Shown here: one piece after another, positions 27,378 to 40,522 of the stretch | How positions within the stretch are numbered: position 1 is the stretch's first letter | Layout: every line of letters starts with the position of its first letter | Origin: Octopus sinensis | Lineage: Eukaryota | Reading direction: 5' to 3' | Assembly: GCF_006345805.1 (NCBI RefSeq) | Contig: NW_021833278.1 | Location: 13,182-77,181, forward strand | DNA length: 64,000 nucleotides | Program-made: the position numbers and the translations under genes | The notes under the pieces: model-generated | Told to the model about the DNA's origin: nothing | Seen by the model: the letters and a program-made list of their open reading frames with translations, nothing else | Database searches by the model: none

Positions 27378-27630
27378 GGATCTTTTCACTTTGACCGGCA
27401 GATTTTTAAAATAATTTTTTTGTAACTAAACACTTTTAAACTTCGTATACTTGTAGTGTGTTACATAAAGCATCTTTTTCTCTTGGCTTTCTTTAGAAAA
27501 TTCTGTAGTTTGTAAGCTATTTGTTGTTTAATTTCTTACATTTCAGCAATTTCAACCAATCAATGACGTCTACTGAGGTGAATACAATTTCTGCAGTAAA
27601 CATTTATAATCTGCCGATCAAAGCGAAAAT
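27378..27630. mobile_element. MITE in the gene B intron
   Basis: TIRs cttttcactttgaccggcagatt / aatctgccgatcaaagcgaaaat; internal sequence similar to 31030-31200. Confidence 0.75.
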
Positions 27631-28618
27631 AAACATTAACACCTGTGTGACGTGAGGGCTAAGGAGAAATGAAAGTGTCACCTCTGGAGTTTGCAAATGA
27701 CCACTATACTGATACATCACTGAACAGAATAAATTTACAAACTATAAATGTCTTTGAATAAGCAGTCACGCATCGGGGAAGGCCTTGAAATCAATGTTAC
27801 CATCTGGGGACTATGTGTGACCCAGTGATAATAAAAAGACTTGAAAGGAGGTCTGCAATCAAATAACTTTACTTAACACTTTGCAACTAAATCAGTGGAG
27901 GCAAAAATGCCTCTCATTTACTTGACAATTTATGCACCACATTGTAGAAATCACAACGTAAGTGTATGTCAAAGCAAACTCTTACACTGTTGTACCATTG
28001 AATTACAAATAATGCTCATCTTCTATGCTCGGATGACCCCAGAGCTTCCAAGAATACAAATGTATTCGTCTTTGCATAGATAAAATGACAAAATTGTGGG
28101 TGTTAAGTCCCCATGAAGGGATCTTTTTAACTTGTAAGAAGATGAAATTTCATAAATATTACATCATTTGTATCTAATATCTATGGTTAAAATTTCAGCA
28201 ACAGCAAAAATATATGAATTGTCATGGGGGCTGTGGCCCTTATGCATAGAATATAATTTCCAAATTTCGTAAAGATCCATTCAGTACTTTTGACCTAGTT
28301 TTGGATCATAAAAGAAATGACTAAAATTTGGGAGTTAAGGCCCCCATTAGGGTGTCTTAGAATCCTCGTGGAAACTTTGTCATTTTTTTGCCCATGACAC
28401 TACATGGACCCTAAGTAAGGCATGTGTAAAATTTGAATGAAATCGGTTGTGTAGCTCTCAAGTTTTAGGGATTCACACAAACAAACAGACAGACACATAT
28501 TCTCAGTTTTATATATATTGGGTGAATTCCATTTTGAAACTTCAGTGCATGAGATGGAAAAGATCCGTATATATGTATATACGTAGGTAAGCATTTATGC
28601 ATGGATGATATAATAATG

Positions 28619-28658
<40 letters not shown>

Positions 28659-28774
28659 CAACAACAACAATAATAATAATAATAATGATAATAATGATAA
28701 TAATAATGATAATAATAATGATAATAATGATAATAATAATAATAATGATAATAATAATGAAGTGCAACAACTAC

Positions 28775-28906
28775 ATTTTTCCATCGGAGCAGATCGCTAT
28801 CCCTCTCATCGTTTATTGGCACCGTCTCTACTGGTTCAAACATCACCGCTGCTACGCTTAACAAAACCACTAGCACAATCATATTCTTGTATATTCTGTG
28901 TTCCAT
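28775..28906 (-). CDS. Gene B coding exon 1: MEHRIYKNMIVLVVLLSVAAVMFEPVETVPINDERDSDLLRWKN
   Basis: Paralog of 23006-23137; donor GTAGTT at 28774. Confidence 0.82.
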
Positions 28907-29438
28907 TTTTTGATCTCAACTCAGTTCTCTCTTTTAAAAACTTCCAAACTTCTATATTTCAAACTTCCAAATTTCAACTGATTTCAATGGAGCCAGATAT
29001 AAGGCAGTCCCCAAAACGATTCTTATGAAGTCCCAAGAACAAAATCACCTGTAAATATATCGCTTATAGTTCTTTGTTGTTTTTTTTTACTTTCCCCATT
29101 TCTTTGTTTGTGGTTCGGGTTTCTGTTCTTTCTTGTCTGTGTGGTCAGTGCTGTTGTTGCGACTCGTTTTGGTTCGTTCTCCTATGGAAGCGGCGACTCT
29201 CTTTTATAGCCGTATTACTCCTCCCAGTCGCTCATAAGGGCACGCCATTTTGCGAGGGAGGAGAATGAACGTATATATATATATATATATATATATAGAT
29301 GTGTATGTATGTGTGTGTGTGTGTGTATGGAAATACAAAAGAAGATGATAAAGAACAAAAAGAAAAACGTAGAAGAAGAAGAAGACTGGCCAGAACTGGT
29401 GACCAATAATTCTTGCCCTCTACACTAATAATAGTGAC

Positions 29439-29508
<70 letters not shown>

Positions 29509-30199
29509 TCTGTTGTGGTGGTGGTATGATTTAATTCTATTTGCTTTGGGAGGCTCATTCCTTATAATAAAAAAGGACAATCCCCCACCCCCGTCGTTAT
29601 CGAAGGAATTGGAATTTGATTGGTTGTTATCATATACTCTTTATCCTTCTAGCTTCACACTGATTGGAAGAACAAGAACATGCATGTGCACATGCGCACA
29701 CAGGTACTGCACATGCACACCTATAAATTACATGGAGCAGAAACACACATAATAAATCATATGGAGAAGAAATAATAAATAATATCAAATGGATGTCTTA
29801 TAAAACTATTCCGAACATACAATAACAGCCATGCTAACAATCCAACACACCTCCTTCATCAGCTGCCACACGGATATCACTATGGTTTCGACACCTGGGG
29901 CAGTACCATTCAATCAGACGGTGTCAGCAGCACTAAAATAAGTGTTGTTTGAGAACAAGATACCATAAATTATTGGAGAAGAAACATTTATTAATAATGT
30001 CACTGGCAGCCCAGTCCGGGCTAAGAAGGAATATATTCACAGACACGACTGAGTTGGGACCTGTACACATTGGAAGCTATGCCAACATTATGGAATAACA
30101 ACAGAAAAAAGATGGTATAGGCACACGCCAGAAAAGGTCACAGAAAATGAGAAAGCAAACATACTCTGGGATATGCCAATACACACAGATTAAAATCGC

Positions 30200-30965
30200 G
30201 TAAGCATTTGGGCCTTAATCACTTAATTTCACAATGGTACAATTAAGATCTTTCAACATTTCTTTTAATCCCCTATTAGTCAACCATTAGCTTTTTATCA
30301 AATTAATGGCCTTAGTTACAACTTTCATTACCCTGCCCAACTTTAGAGATTTTGCACATAAACTTTCCATATCAATAAAGCAATGACACACAAATTTTCC
30401 GGATCCAAAAGACGCTTCTTAAATTCATTCTGAACCAGAGCTACGAACCCTTTTTCACGACCTGCCATGGATGGAGTGCGAACTGTAGCAAGGCCACTCA
30501 TTTTTTCATTCGGAAAATCAAAATCATTAAGATTGAGTCGACCATTTGAAATAGATCTTTACCTCTAGTTGTCTCATACATTGAATTTCTTCTCGAATGT
30601 TGAATTTTGCAGTTATTCCACGTACAAATGTTGCCATCTGAGCAGTATTAGTTAGACAGATCAATTGTTTCATCAATAGCTAATGAATACAATACGAATT
30701 CTGCTGAATCATATTTTAGAGAATTTTCTATGTAATCGGTAATATCTTTAATACGATCAGAAACAGTTTTTTGTTTTATAAGCTAATATTTACCAAACAA
30801 AGTTTTTCTGGGCATATATTCGCAACAGCAGTAAGGATACGTTCTTTCATGAATTCACTATTGTTCGAGTTTCTTTTAGCAATATTTCGGCATACCACAA
30901 AACTAGCTCGAGCAACTGACGCACTTCCAAGAATCAGCTTTTTTAAAAAGAGTTTGTCATTTGGT
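30200..30965 (-). mobile_element. Degenerate hAT transposase remnant (Buster/SPIN group)
   Basis: Manual translation: ARASFVVCRNIAKR...EFMKE, CPEK...NIS, KTVSDRIKDI, CHCFIDMESLCAKSLKLGRVMKVVTKAINLIKS, matching the Buster/SPIN ASF..A..IAK, TV..RI.D and HC..HQE.LC motifs. Confidence 0.8.
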
Positions 30966-30994
30966 CAGATTTTCTTTCAAGGAGGCTATCCTGT

Positions 30995-31413
30995 GATCTT
31001 TTCGGTTTGAACGGCAGTTTTTAACATAATTTCAAGGTAACTAAACACTTTTAAACTTCGTATAGTGGTAGAATGTGTGTGTTTATAAAACATCTTTTTC
31101 TCTTGGCTTTATTGAGAAAATTCTATAGTTTGTAAGATATTTGTTGTTTTTTTTCTTCAATTTCTGCAATTTCAACCAATCAATGACGTGTATTGAGCTA
31201 AAAAACATTCTGTGCCGTATGAATATGTCCCTCGTTTAAGAAACAGTTTGGGTTTATTTAGATTTGTGAAGAAAAAAAAGATACCCTTCCCCAACCCCTA
31301 ACCCTAACCCTAAAACAGATTCAAATGCAATAGATCGATACTAGGGTCATAATTATGGGTGACAATTTCATATGACACCGCTAGAAAAAACTGCCGTTGA
31401 AACTAAACAGAGC
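30995..31413. mobile_element. MITE with 28-bp imperfect TIRs and an internal (CCCTAA)n tract
   Basis: gatcttttcggtttgaacggcagttttt vs reverse complement of the right end: 23/28 identical. Confidence 0.8.
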
Positions 31414-33240
31414 CCTATCTTGTCTAAATGTTCAGATTCTATCAAATTTCCACAGGCCTTATGCTTACTCACAAAATGCCTCTAATTTCATATTTTTTAT
31501 GAACGCTTACTTGTTCATTGTAAATAAGACAAATGCGCTTTTTACCTGTTTCAATAAAAAGAAAAAGCTTCAATTTTCATCAAACAAGACACACTCACCA
31601 GCACTTGTCTTTTAGGATTCTTATAACCGCTTGCCATATTGAAAAATCGAAAAATTGATCTTACAAAGTTAACAATGTTACAAACCGGTTAAATTTATAT
31701 GATCCCTTTCGGAATTTTTGTTATTACCGCTGCCTGGGAAAACCAAAAGCCAACTGGTTCGTAGTCATAACGCGTGCGTTTAGTGTTGTAATAATTAAAA
31801 AAAATAAAAATCTGCAAAAAATTTAGCTATTGTTTGGTTCTGCAAAGTTTAACTTAATTTCTCTCTCTCTCTCCCTCTCCCCCCCTCTCTCTCTCTCTCT
31901 TGTCCACACAGGTGTTGACAAGTGAGTGGATAGGGGTGGGTGATAACTGATAAACCGATGGCAGATGTCAGTAACACCTGTTGACTTTCTTGACGCCGAC
32001 TGATAGCAAACATGAGACAAAAGTTATTTTTCAATGCTTTTTCAGAAAAAAATTAGTAATATTTTTTCATAATTCTGTTCGCAAAGCACCAAACTAGTAG
32101 TTTCTGTTTCAATGAAGCTTTACTCCTATAATACAGACAATGGACTATATACCTGTTGTAATTTGTTTTTGATTTTTAATAGATTTTTAAATATTTTTTT
32201 CTTATCGATTGACAGAAAGAAGGTGAGAATCGATTTCGGAGATTTATTTCGTAAAAACGTGAAAAATGAAATAGGGAGGAAAGTTTAAATACTTGGGGTT
32301 CTTGGATATGAATAATTTTTGCACACTATCTTCTACAATCCTTCAGTTTCCGTTTCATATAAAAATCATTTTAATACACGCAATATATTTTTAGTTTTCT
32401 CAGCTAAAGTGTAGATGGGTCTCAAGCGGGTGGGACAAACCTAGTAATATGTGTTTTATAGTGAAAACAAAATTTCCATTCAAATGGTAATTACCGGACG
32501 ATTTCTGTTCGAGCACGACCTTTCTAATCGTAGTGGAAACTCGATCTATGTCGCAAATAGGCATACGAGTATTGTATAAATTTTATAATTGCAAAATTTA
32601 CTCTATTTTGTACAGAATAAACAAGTTTTGAATGGTACAACAATGCACTATAATACAGACAATGGACTATATACCTGTTGTAATATAGTCATCCATAGTC
32701 TGATATTATATTTTGGAATAATATTCCTTCTTCAGATATTCTTAGATGGAGTCGCTTCTCCAATCGATTTTCTAACGGCTTTCCTTTTTTATTTTTTGGG
32801 AGCGTCTCAGCAGTGATCTCACGATGCTCCTTCCGGAATTCCTCATGAGAATGTATGAGGTCGGCCATTTCTCAATCTCGTTTGTGTTGGTACATCCGTA
32901 GAGCTGCTTCTAAGTCACGTATTATACGTGCAGCCTCTTTTTTTCCCTTCTTTTTTCTTCTGTTATAAACTACAGAGAAGCATATCATCAAAAATGAACC
33001 TACACGCATCCAGATGTATCTAAATAATCTATTGATTACCAACCTCCAGCCTGTTGTTCATTTGGGGCCCTGTGTATGAGTGTATATGAGTATAGCTTCC
33101 TTTATGCTTAAATTACCCCAAATTCTTTCATTGGCCCCAGTTGTGACTGTTATGCTTTTGTCGGTGTTCCGGCATCTGTCTAGATGTATTCTGAAGGAGT
33201 ATACTACGAGTACATACGAGTATATTAGCCTGCGGTTGGA

Positions 33241-33957
33241 TTCAGGTAAACTTCAAACCGCTTCTTCTTACTTGCTAAAATCTTAAATCACTGAAGTTTA
33301 CCACTTCTGTCCATTTATTAGTCAGATGTCAGCCAGCTATTTGAAACACTCTGACTACTACAATGCACAACCTATTGTTCTAAGTACATGTATTTCCTCT
33401 CTCTGTCTGTCTCTCTATCTCTCTCTCCGTTTCTCTTTCTTTCTTTCTCTGTTGTTTTACCACCACTCTCTCTGTCTTTCTGTGTCTTCTGCCCCTCTAT
33501 CATTTTCTTCACTACTTTTGAAGATTACTTGTTGAAATCGTAAGTACATGTATTTACTTTCTCTCTCTCTCTCTCTCCTCTCTCTCTCTATCTCTCTTTC
33601 TCCCTCTTTCTCTCTCTCCTTCCCTATCTCTCTGTTTTTCTTCTACCTCTATCTCTACAGTTTTCTGTCTCCCTCACTCCTTCTATAACTTTCCTCGCTG
33701 CTTTTGAAGATTGCTTACTGACATCGTAAAATTCTTCAGCCGAATTCACACCTTCACAGAACAATTCAGACAGTAAGCTCCTTTCTCTCGTTAGATTCAG
33801 GTAAACTTTAAACACTTTTTCCTACTTGCATAAAGATTAAATCCCCAAAATTTCCACTTATCTCCATTCATTGACATATGTAAGTTACCTATTTGAAACA
33901 CCCTGAGTGCTACAATGCTGAACCTATTGTTGAAAGTACATGTAGTTCCTCTCTCTC

Positions 33958-34005
<48 letters not shown>

Positions 34006-34190
34006 GCTTCTCTCCCACCACTATGTCTATGTCTTTCTGTCTCTTTCCCTCTCTCTATCAATTTCTTCACTATTTTGGAGATTACTTGTTGACGTCGTAA
34101 ACTTCTTCAGCCGAAGTCACTCTTACACGAACCAATTCAAACAGCAAGCTAAGTTTTCCTTAGATTCAGATTTGGTAAAATCTTAAATTC
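33241..34190. repeat. Old diverged tandem duplication (~555-bp period) with CT tracts
   Basis: ttcaggtaaactt at 33241 and 33796; ctatttgaaacac...ctacaatgc...cctattgtt...aagtacatgta repeated. Confidence 0.7.
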
Positions 34191-34419
34191 CGTCTTTTGT
34201 TAATTCTTAAATTTACATTTGGGAATGGAGGAACGCTGCAGTAGGAACCTCTTCTCGGCCTTGGTGCACCCCCACCCCGTACCATCTTCCCTGATGTCCG
34301 CTTGTAAGCGGTCGTCCTACTCTCTCTGCCATTGTGAATGTATTATACTGAACCTGTGTCAAAAGACTTCCTCCTAGTTGACATCGCTTTCTTTTCCTTC
34401 ATCTAGCTTTTCTGTCAGT

Positions 34420-37080
34420 AAAAACAAGAGGAAATAAACAACGGTGGTAGAAAAGAGAATTGCTGAAGATATAAACTCCTTGAACAGTGTAGTGTTAATA
34501 CTTGTCCGGAAAAATAAAAAAATTAAGAATGAATGGTAATTCGAAAAAGTTAGGAAAAAATATGGTGTAGATACAAAGGCCTAAATGTTGTAATTGAAAA
34601 ACTGAAGCAGCGCATAGAGGCAAAAAAATCAAAGCTAACTTCGTTTGAACATCGGATGAAGCAATACTTGCAAGAGAAAATTTTTAGAAGTGACCAAAAA
34701 AGATTTTACCAAGAGATTAATGACGATAAAAAACGTGAAAGATTTGTCCCTGATGGTGATGAAAGTCGACTTTTCTGGAATAAGCAAGACCAACAAAACA
34801 CTACAGCTGAATGGCTCTGCAGCCTCACGCAAACAGCTTCTCATCCCCAGCAAGAGACTATCCACTTCACAGAAGACAGTATTATAAATATGAGTTAAAA
34901 GATAAGCAATTAGAAAGCAGCAGGACCTGATGATGTACAGGGATTTTGGATAAAAAAAAAGTTCAGTAGTTGCCATAAATTGATCGCAGAACAATTTAAT
35001 GCATTAATCAATGGAGAAGAATAAATTCCGCGCAGGTTGACAAAAGGACGAACGGTGTTGTGCCTGAAGGATGCATCAAAGGGAAATGCTGCTGACAATT
35101 ACAGACCAATTTCCTACTCCACGTTAATGTAGAAGTTACTGTTAGGAGGAATTCCAGAAGAACTGTATAAATTTCTTGATGAGAACGAAATATCATCGCC
35201 GGAACAAAAAAGGTTGTAGAAGGAGATGCAGAGGTACCAAAGATCAACTATTGATAGACAAAATTATAATGCAAGATTGTAAACGAAGGAGAACAAATCT
35301 GGGAATGGCCTAGATTGACTATCGCGAAGCTTACGATTCATGAGTCACCGAGTTCTTTCCTGAAGAGAAGTATGGTGGGATGGAAAACTGAACTGAAATC
35401 TTACAGAAAAAGCCTGGGCACTTTGGGTATCAGGAGAGGGATTTTTTGTTTTCCGTTATTTTTTTGTTCTCTGCATGATACCCTTATCCTTGGTACTTGG
35501 GAAAATGAACCTGGGGTACCAACTAAAGGAAAAATGCCAAACAATCAACCACCTCCTCTTCATGGATGATTTGAAACTGTATGGCAAAAACGAGACACAA
35601 GTGAGCTCCTTGGTGAACACGGTCCACTGTTTTAGTACTGATATTAGAATGGAATTTGGACTCAAGAAGTGTTGAATAATTTACCTAAAAAGAGGCAAGA
35701 TACAGTCCCCAGCAGGGATAGAATTACTGAACAGAGACTTGATTAAGCAAATTGAAACAGAAGGATATAAATACATTGGTGTACTAGAGTTCAACGAGAT
35801 AACGGGAAAAGAAAAGAGCAACTGAGGACGGAGTATTTCCGAAGTCTGAGGTTGGTGTTGCGCTCAAAATTGAGTGGATGGAATAAAATCCAAGCAGTTA
35901 ATGCGTGGGCGATAGCAACACTTCGGTATGGAGCAGGAATTATAAAATGGCAAAAGAGAGTAATGAAGAAAATGAATACCAAAACCAGAAAAATGTTGAC
36001 TGTACACAGAGCCTTCTACGCTAAGAGTGACAGCGATATGTTGTACTTGTCCTGAAGAAAGGGTGGGAGAGAGGTTTGATAAGTTGCTGGGACTTTGTCG
36101 AAGCAGAGAAAAACAGCCTAGGGTTGTATATAAAAATGCTGTGGAGCCGCTGTTGAAACACACGAAGAAGACCGGCATCTTCAAAACTGAAAATTGCGTA
36201 AGTAAAGAAGAAATGAACAAAAATAAGAAAAAGAATAGAAGGAAAAGAAAATGTATGGTCAGTTTGCAAGAGATGTGAACGCGAAGACAGATTCAGAGGA
36301 CCAGTGTCTATGGATGAGAAGGTGTGACCTGAAGATAGTAACAGAAACACTCGTATGCACAGCTCAGGAACATGCGTTAAGGACCGATTATATGAAGTGC
36401 AGAATTGACAACACTACCAATTGCGACAAATACAGAATGTGTGGTGAGAGGGGCGAAACGGTATGGCACATTGTTAGCGAATGCCTGAAATTGGCACAAC
36501 ACGAATACAAAAGACGACATGTCAATGTGGCAAGAATGATCCATTGGGAGTTCTGTGGATATCACGGCCTACAAAGAGCAAAGATGTGTTATGAGAAAAC
36601 TTTAGGAGTCACTGAAAATGAGAATTGCAAAATCCCGTGCGATGCAACGATCAAGTGCGATAACCCGACCATACATCGGAAACCGGATATTGTTGTGGTG
36701 AGTAAAAGACAAAACATGTATGGTAACCTACTTAGAATGCCCCGGTGAAAGCAGGATCGATGTGAAAGAAGAGGAAAAAATAAACTAGGACGATTTGAAA
36801 TGGGAAATACGAAGGTTTTGGTCAATGAAGGGAGTAGACGTAATACCAATAGTAATTGGTGCACTTGGAAGTATCAGCACTCAGCTACCAGCATGGCTGA
36901 AAAAAGATCGGTGCAAGTGTGAGGATAGAACACCTTCGAAAATCAACATTGCTTGGAACTGCAAGAATTCTTCGCAGGGTTCTTGAAGCATGACAAGTAA
37001 ACAAGTGTCACCTTAGTCTCTTGACTGTGGACAGCTGACACTTTCCATGATACCCAGTAAAATAAACTGTGAGATTTCAT
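34420..37080 (+). mobile_element. Degenerate R4/Dong-clade LINE (RT + zinc knuckle + RLE), ~2.7 kb
   Basis: Fragmented peptides DQKRFYQEI, AAGPDDVQGFWIK, NYRPI, HLLFMDDLKLY, EFGLKKC, MYGQFARDV, RMCGERGETVWHIVSEC, RKPDIVV and VIPIVIGALG; ends in (AAT)n. Confidence 0.92.
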
Positions 37081-37092
37081 ATAATAATAATA

Positions 37093-37137
<45 letters not shown>

Positions 37138-37361
37138 CAACAACGAAAACAATAATAATTTTCAATTCGATATCACATTGTATATTTAGAGTCATTATAT
37201 TTATTTATTCAATAAATTTGGGTTTTGTTTTTTTTTATATATATATTTGTTGTAATTTTCTTTGTAAATTGAAATTGTTTATTAGTTTGTGATTCCGTCG
37301 TGTTTTTTTGGGGCGTTTAGGTCCTGCTTTGATGGTCTCCATTTCCTTTCGAATGCGATCT

Positions 37362-37502
37362 TTACTTCTTCCTCTTCACGCAGGAAATGACGTTCCAGAT
37401 ACATGGGTCGTTCTTCTTGTCATCTGATCCATCTGAAGGAAAGGCATCTCGGCTGTCACGCAACAGTCGGTTCATTAAGTCCCTTTTGCGTGTAATCATG
37501 AA
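37362..37502 (-). CDS. Gene C coding exon 2: FMITRKRDLMNRLLRDSRDAFPSDGSDDKKNDPCIWNVISCVKRKK* (allatostatin-C/somatostatin-like peptide)
   Basis: Acceptor tttctttttcttttattcatttctacag at 37503-37505; phase 0; KK-NDPCIWNVISCV-KRKK with dibasic flanks; TAA at 37362. Confidence 0.85.
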   Translation of the reverse strand, partial: FMITRKRDLMNRLLRDSRDAFPSDGSDDKKNDPCIWNVISCVKRKK

Positions 37503-38354
37503 CTGTAGAAATGAATAAAAGAAAAAGAAAACAAGTGAGCAATTTATTAAAACTGGAATGAAACACAGAGAAAGAAATTCTTACAACACAAACAACAAAA
37601 TTTTCGCTGGTAAAAACAAAAGATCTGAAATAAATGGAGAAATTCGAAAGACGGTTTGTCATATTTACAGATGCAAATTTGTGTTTCATGAGCAGCTTTT
37701 GACATTTTCCATCCAAGCGTTTTTTAGCCTAATATCTATACCATTGTTTGTAGCTTTATCAACTTGGAATTTTACCGTTAAAAAGAATTTGCTTCACATC
37801 TCTCGAAGTTTCTAAATACTTATAACGTAAGCATCATGAAATTCTCGCTGGTAAGAAGGAAGCTTCTAAAATAGATGATGATTGTAAAATAGATGACTGC
37901 TTTGGTACAATGGCAAGATGTCTGGCATGTTTAAAGAAGGTGTGGGTTCGAGTCTTATGTGAGACTAGGTAGAACATTTATTGTAAAACAAAAAAAAAGG
38001 AAACAACGACTCAGAATAACGAGTGAATCATTGAGAACAACACATTGTATATATTGGATTAAAATTTTAAACAAGGCCAGCAATTTTGGGCGACAAGAGA
38101 GGGAGTTTACATCAACTCCGGTGATCAACGGCTATTTATTTTATCGATTTCGGCGTTCCACTGCTACTTATTTTATCGAACCCAAAAGAATGAAAGGTAA
38201 AGTCGATATCGGCCGAATTTGGACTCAGCATGTAAAGATGGACGAAATATCGCTAAGACGTTGCTCGACGTGCTAACGAGTCTGCTAGCTTCGGCGCTTT
38301 AGCATATTGTACATATTTGAAGAGATCAAACTTGCATAATATTTGATCCGCGGA

Positions 38355-39080
38355 AGGCAGCGAGCTGGCAGAATCGTTAGCACGCCGAGCGAAATGCTTT
38401 GTGGTATTTGGTCCGCCGCTGCATTCTAAGTTCAAATTCCGCCGAGGTCTACTTTTCCTTTTATTCTTTCGAGGTCGATAAATTAAGTAACAATGAAACT
38501 CTGGGGGTCGATGTAATTAACTAGTCCCCTACCACCAAAAATTTCAGGCCTTGTGCCTTTAGTAGAAAGGATTATTATATTAATGTTTTGAGTCCTTTAG
38601 TTTAAGAAATAATTATTATTATTTAATCAAAGTGTTGCCAAAGTCTGAATTTATTGCTGTGATTTTCAAGCGCAGGCGTGGCTGTGTGGTAAGTAGCTTG
38701 CTTACCAACCACATGGTTCCGGGTTCAGTCATACTGCGTGGCACCTTGAGCAAGTGTCTTCTGTTCTAGCCTCGGGCCGACCAACGTCTTGTGAGTGGAT
38801 TTGGTTGATGGAAATTGAAAGAAGCCCGTCGTATGTATATATGAGTATGTATATATGTGTGTGTGTGTATGTGTGAGTGTGTGTGTATCTGTTTTTGTGT
38901 TTGTCCCCTGACCATCACTTGACAACCGAAGCTGGTGTGTATACATCCCCGTAACTTAGCGTTTCAGCAAAAGTGACCGATAGAATAAATACTAGACTTA
39001 CAAAGAATAAGTGCTGGGGGTCGATTTGTTCGACTAAATGCGGTGCTCCAGCATGGCCGCAATCAAATGATTGAAACAAT
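38355..39080 (+). mobile_element. SINE family 1 copy (38355-38575) and SINE family 2 copy (38670-39080)
   Basis: Match to the other copies in the window. Confidence 0.85.
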
Positions 39081-39397
39081 TAGAAGGAAAAAGTTCTAAG
39101 TTACTAGAAATAAGGAAAAATTGAATATTGTGAAATTTTACCGATTTTTTAAAACACGGGATTTTTTGTTTGTGTATAATTTGGATGGACTTAAATTCTG
39201 TCATTAATTTTTGCTTATTGGAAACGCTTCGTCCTATTAACACGAAGACATCTTGTTTGCCGAAACACAGTGGTGTCCGGAAAGGTTTGTTTTATTCTAC
39301 TTATTCTGACTACTCCCACAAACACACACAAACACACACACACACACACACACACATGCGAGTGTATGCATGTATTTATGTCTGTGTGTGCGCATAC

Positions 39398-39463
<66 letters not shown>

Positions 39464-39719
39464 TTGTGTGTGTATTTATAGTAGGGAACATCGAGTCCCT
39501 CTCCTCCTTCATAATATTGTCGTGTGTCAACGATAGAAATCAATATGAGTATTTGAAATTTCTTTCTTTATATATTTATTTATTCACCCGCCCCCACACA
39601 CACACACACTTGTCCTCTCATTATCTCTCTCTTTCTCTCTTTCTCTCTCTCTCCCTCCGGCTATTTTTCTTGTTTTGTTGTCTTATTTTCTTTCCAGAAC
39701 TAATGAATTTATTGCATCA

Positions 39720-39757
<38 letters not shown>

Positions 39758-40017
39758 GTTGTTGTTGTTGTTGTTGTTGTTGTGTTGTTTGTGCAGAGGC
39801 GGCACCATAGCCAATGATGATTATCCAAGGAGCGGTTATGACAAGTTGAAATTAATATTGTTAACATTATTATTAACATTACTATTTAAATAGAGAGAAA
39901 TTAGTTTCCATCATCCTCATCGACATCGTCATCCTCATCATCATCATCATCATCACCATCATGATCATTATCATCATCATCATCACGACGACGACAACGA
40001 CCACTACCACCACAACA

Positions 40018-40048
<31 letters not shown>

Positions 40049-40522
40049 TCATGATCATTATCATCATCATCATCACGACGACGACAACGACGACGACCAC
40101 CACCACCACAACCATCATCATCATCGTCATCATCAGCACCACCACCACTAAAATTTCAATAATAAACCCTCGTTTAATCACTTGCCTAAGTAATCAAAGT
40201 TCGTTGATACACGTCGTAAACACGCCATTGAACTATAATGCTTCTTGCTTAGTCGCCTGTTTATATTTTATTTTCGTTTCGTTTTGCTTTTAGTTTTGCT
40301 TTTCGTTACACCGTTTTGCTTCTTTCATCTAATGAGGAATTCAAAAGAGGACATTTGCGTGTTGTTTATAGATTTCGTTTTCTGTTTTCCCTTCTTTTAA
40401 TTTCCCCGTGTACATTATTAAAAACGAATAGGTTACGCGTTTCCTTTCGGCTTTGATGACAACAATAAATAATAATAATTCTTTCTACTGGAAGCACAAG
40501 GCCTCAAATATGGGGGAAGGGA

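Noticed and set aside
31290-31312. (CCCTAA)n telomere-like repeat
   Set aside because: Only about three units, internal to a TIR-bounded MITE; not a telomere.
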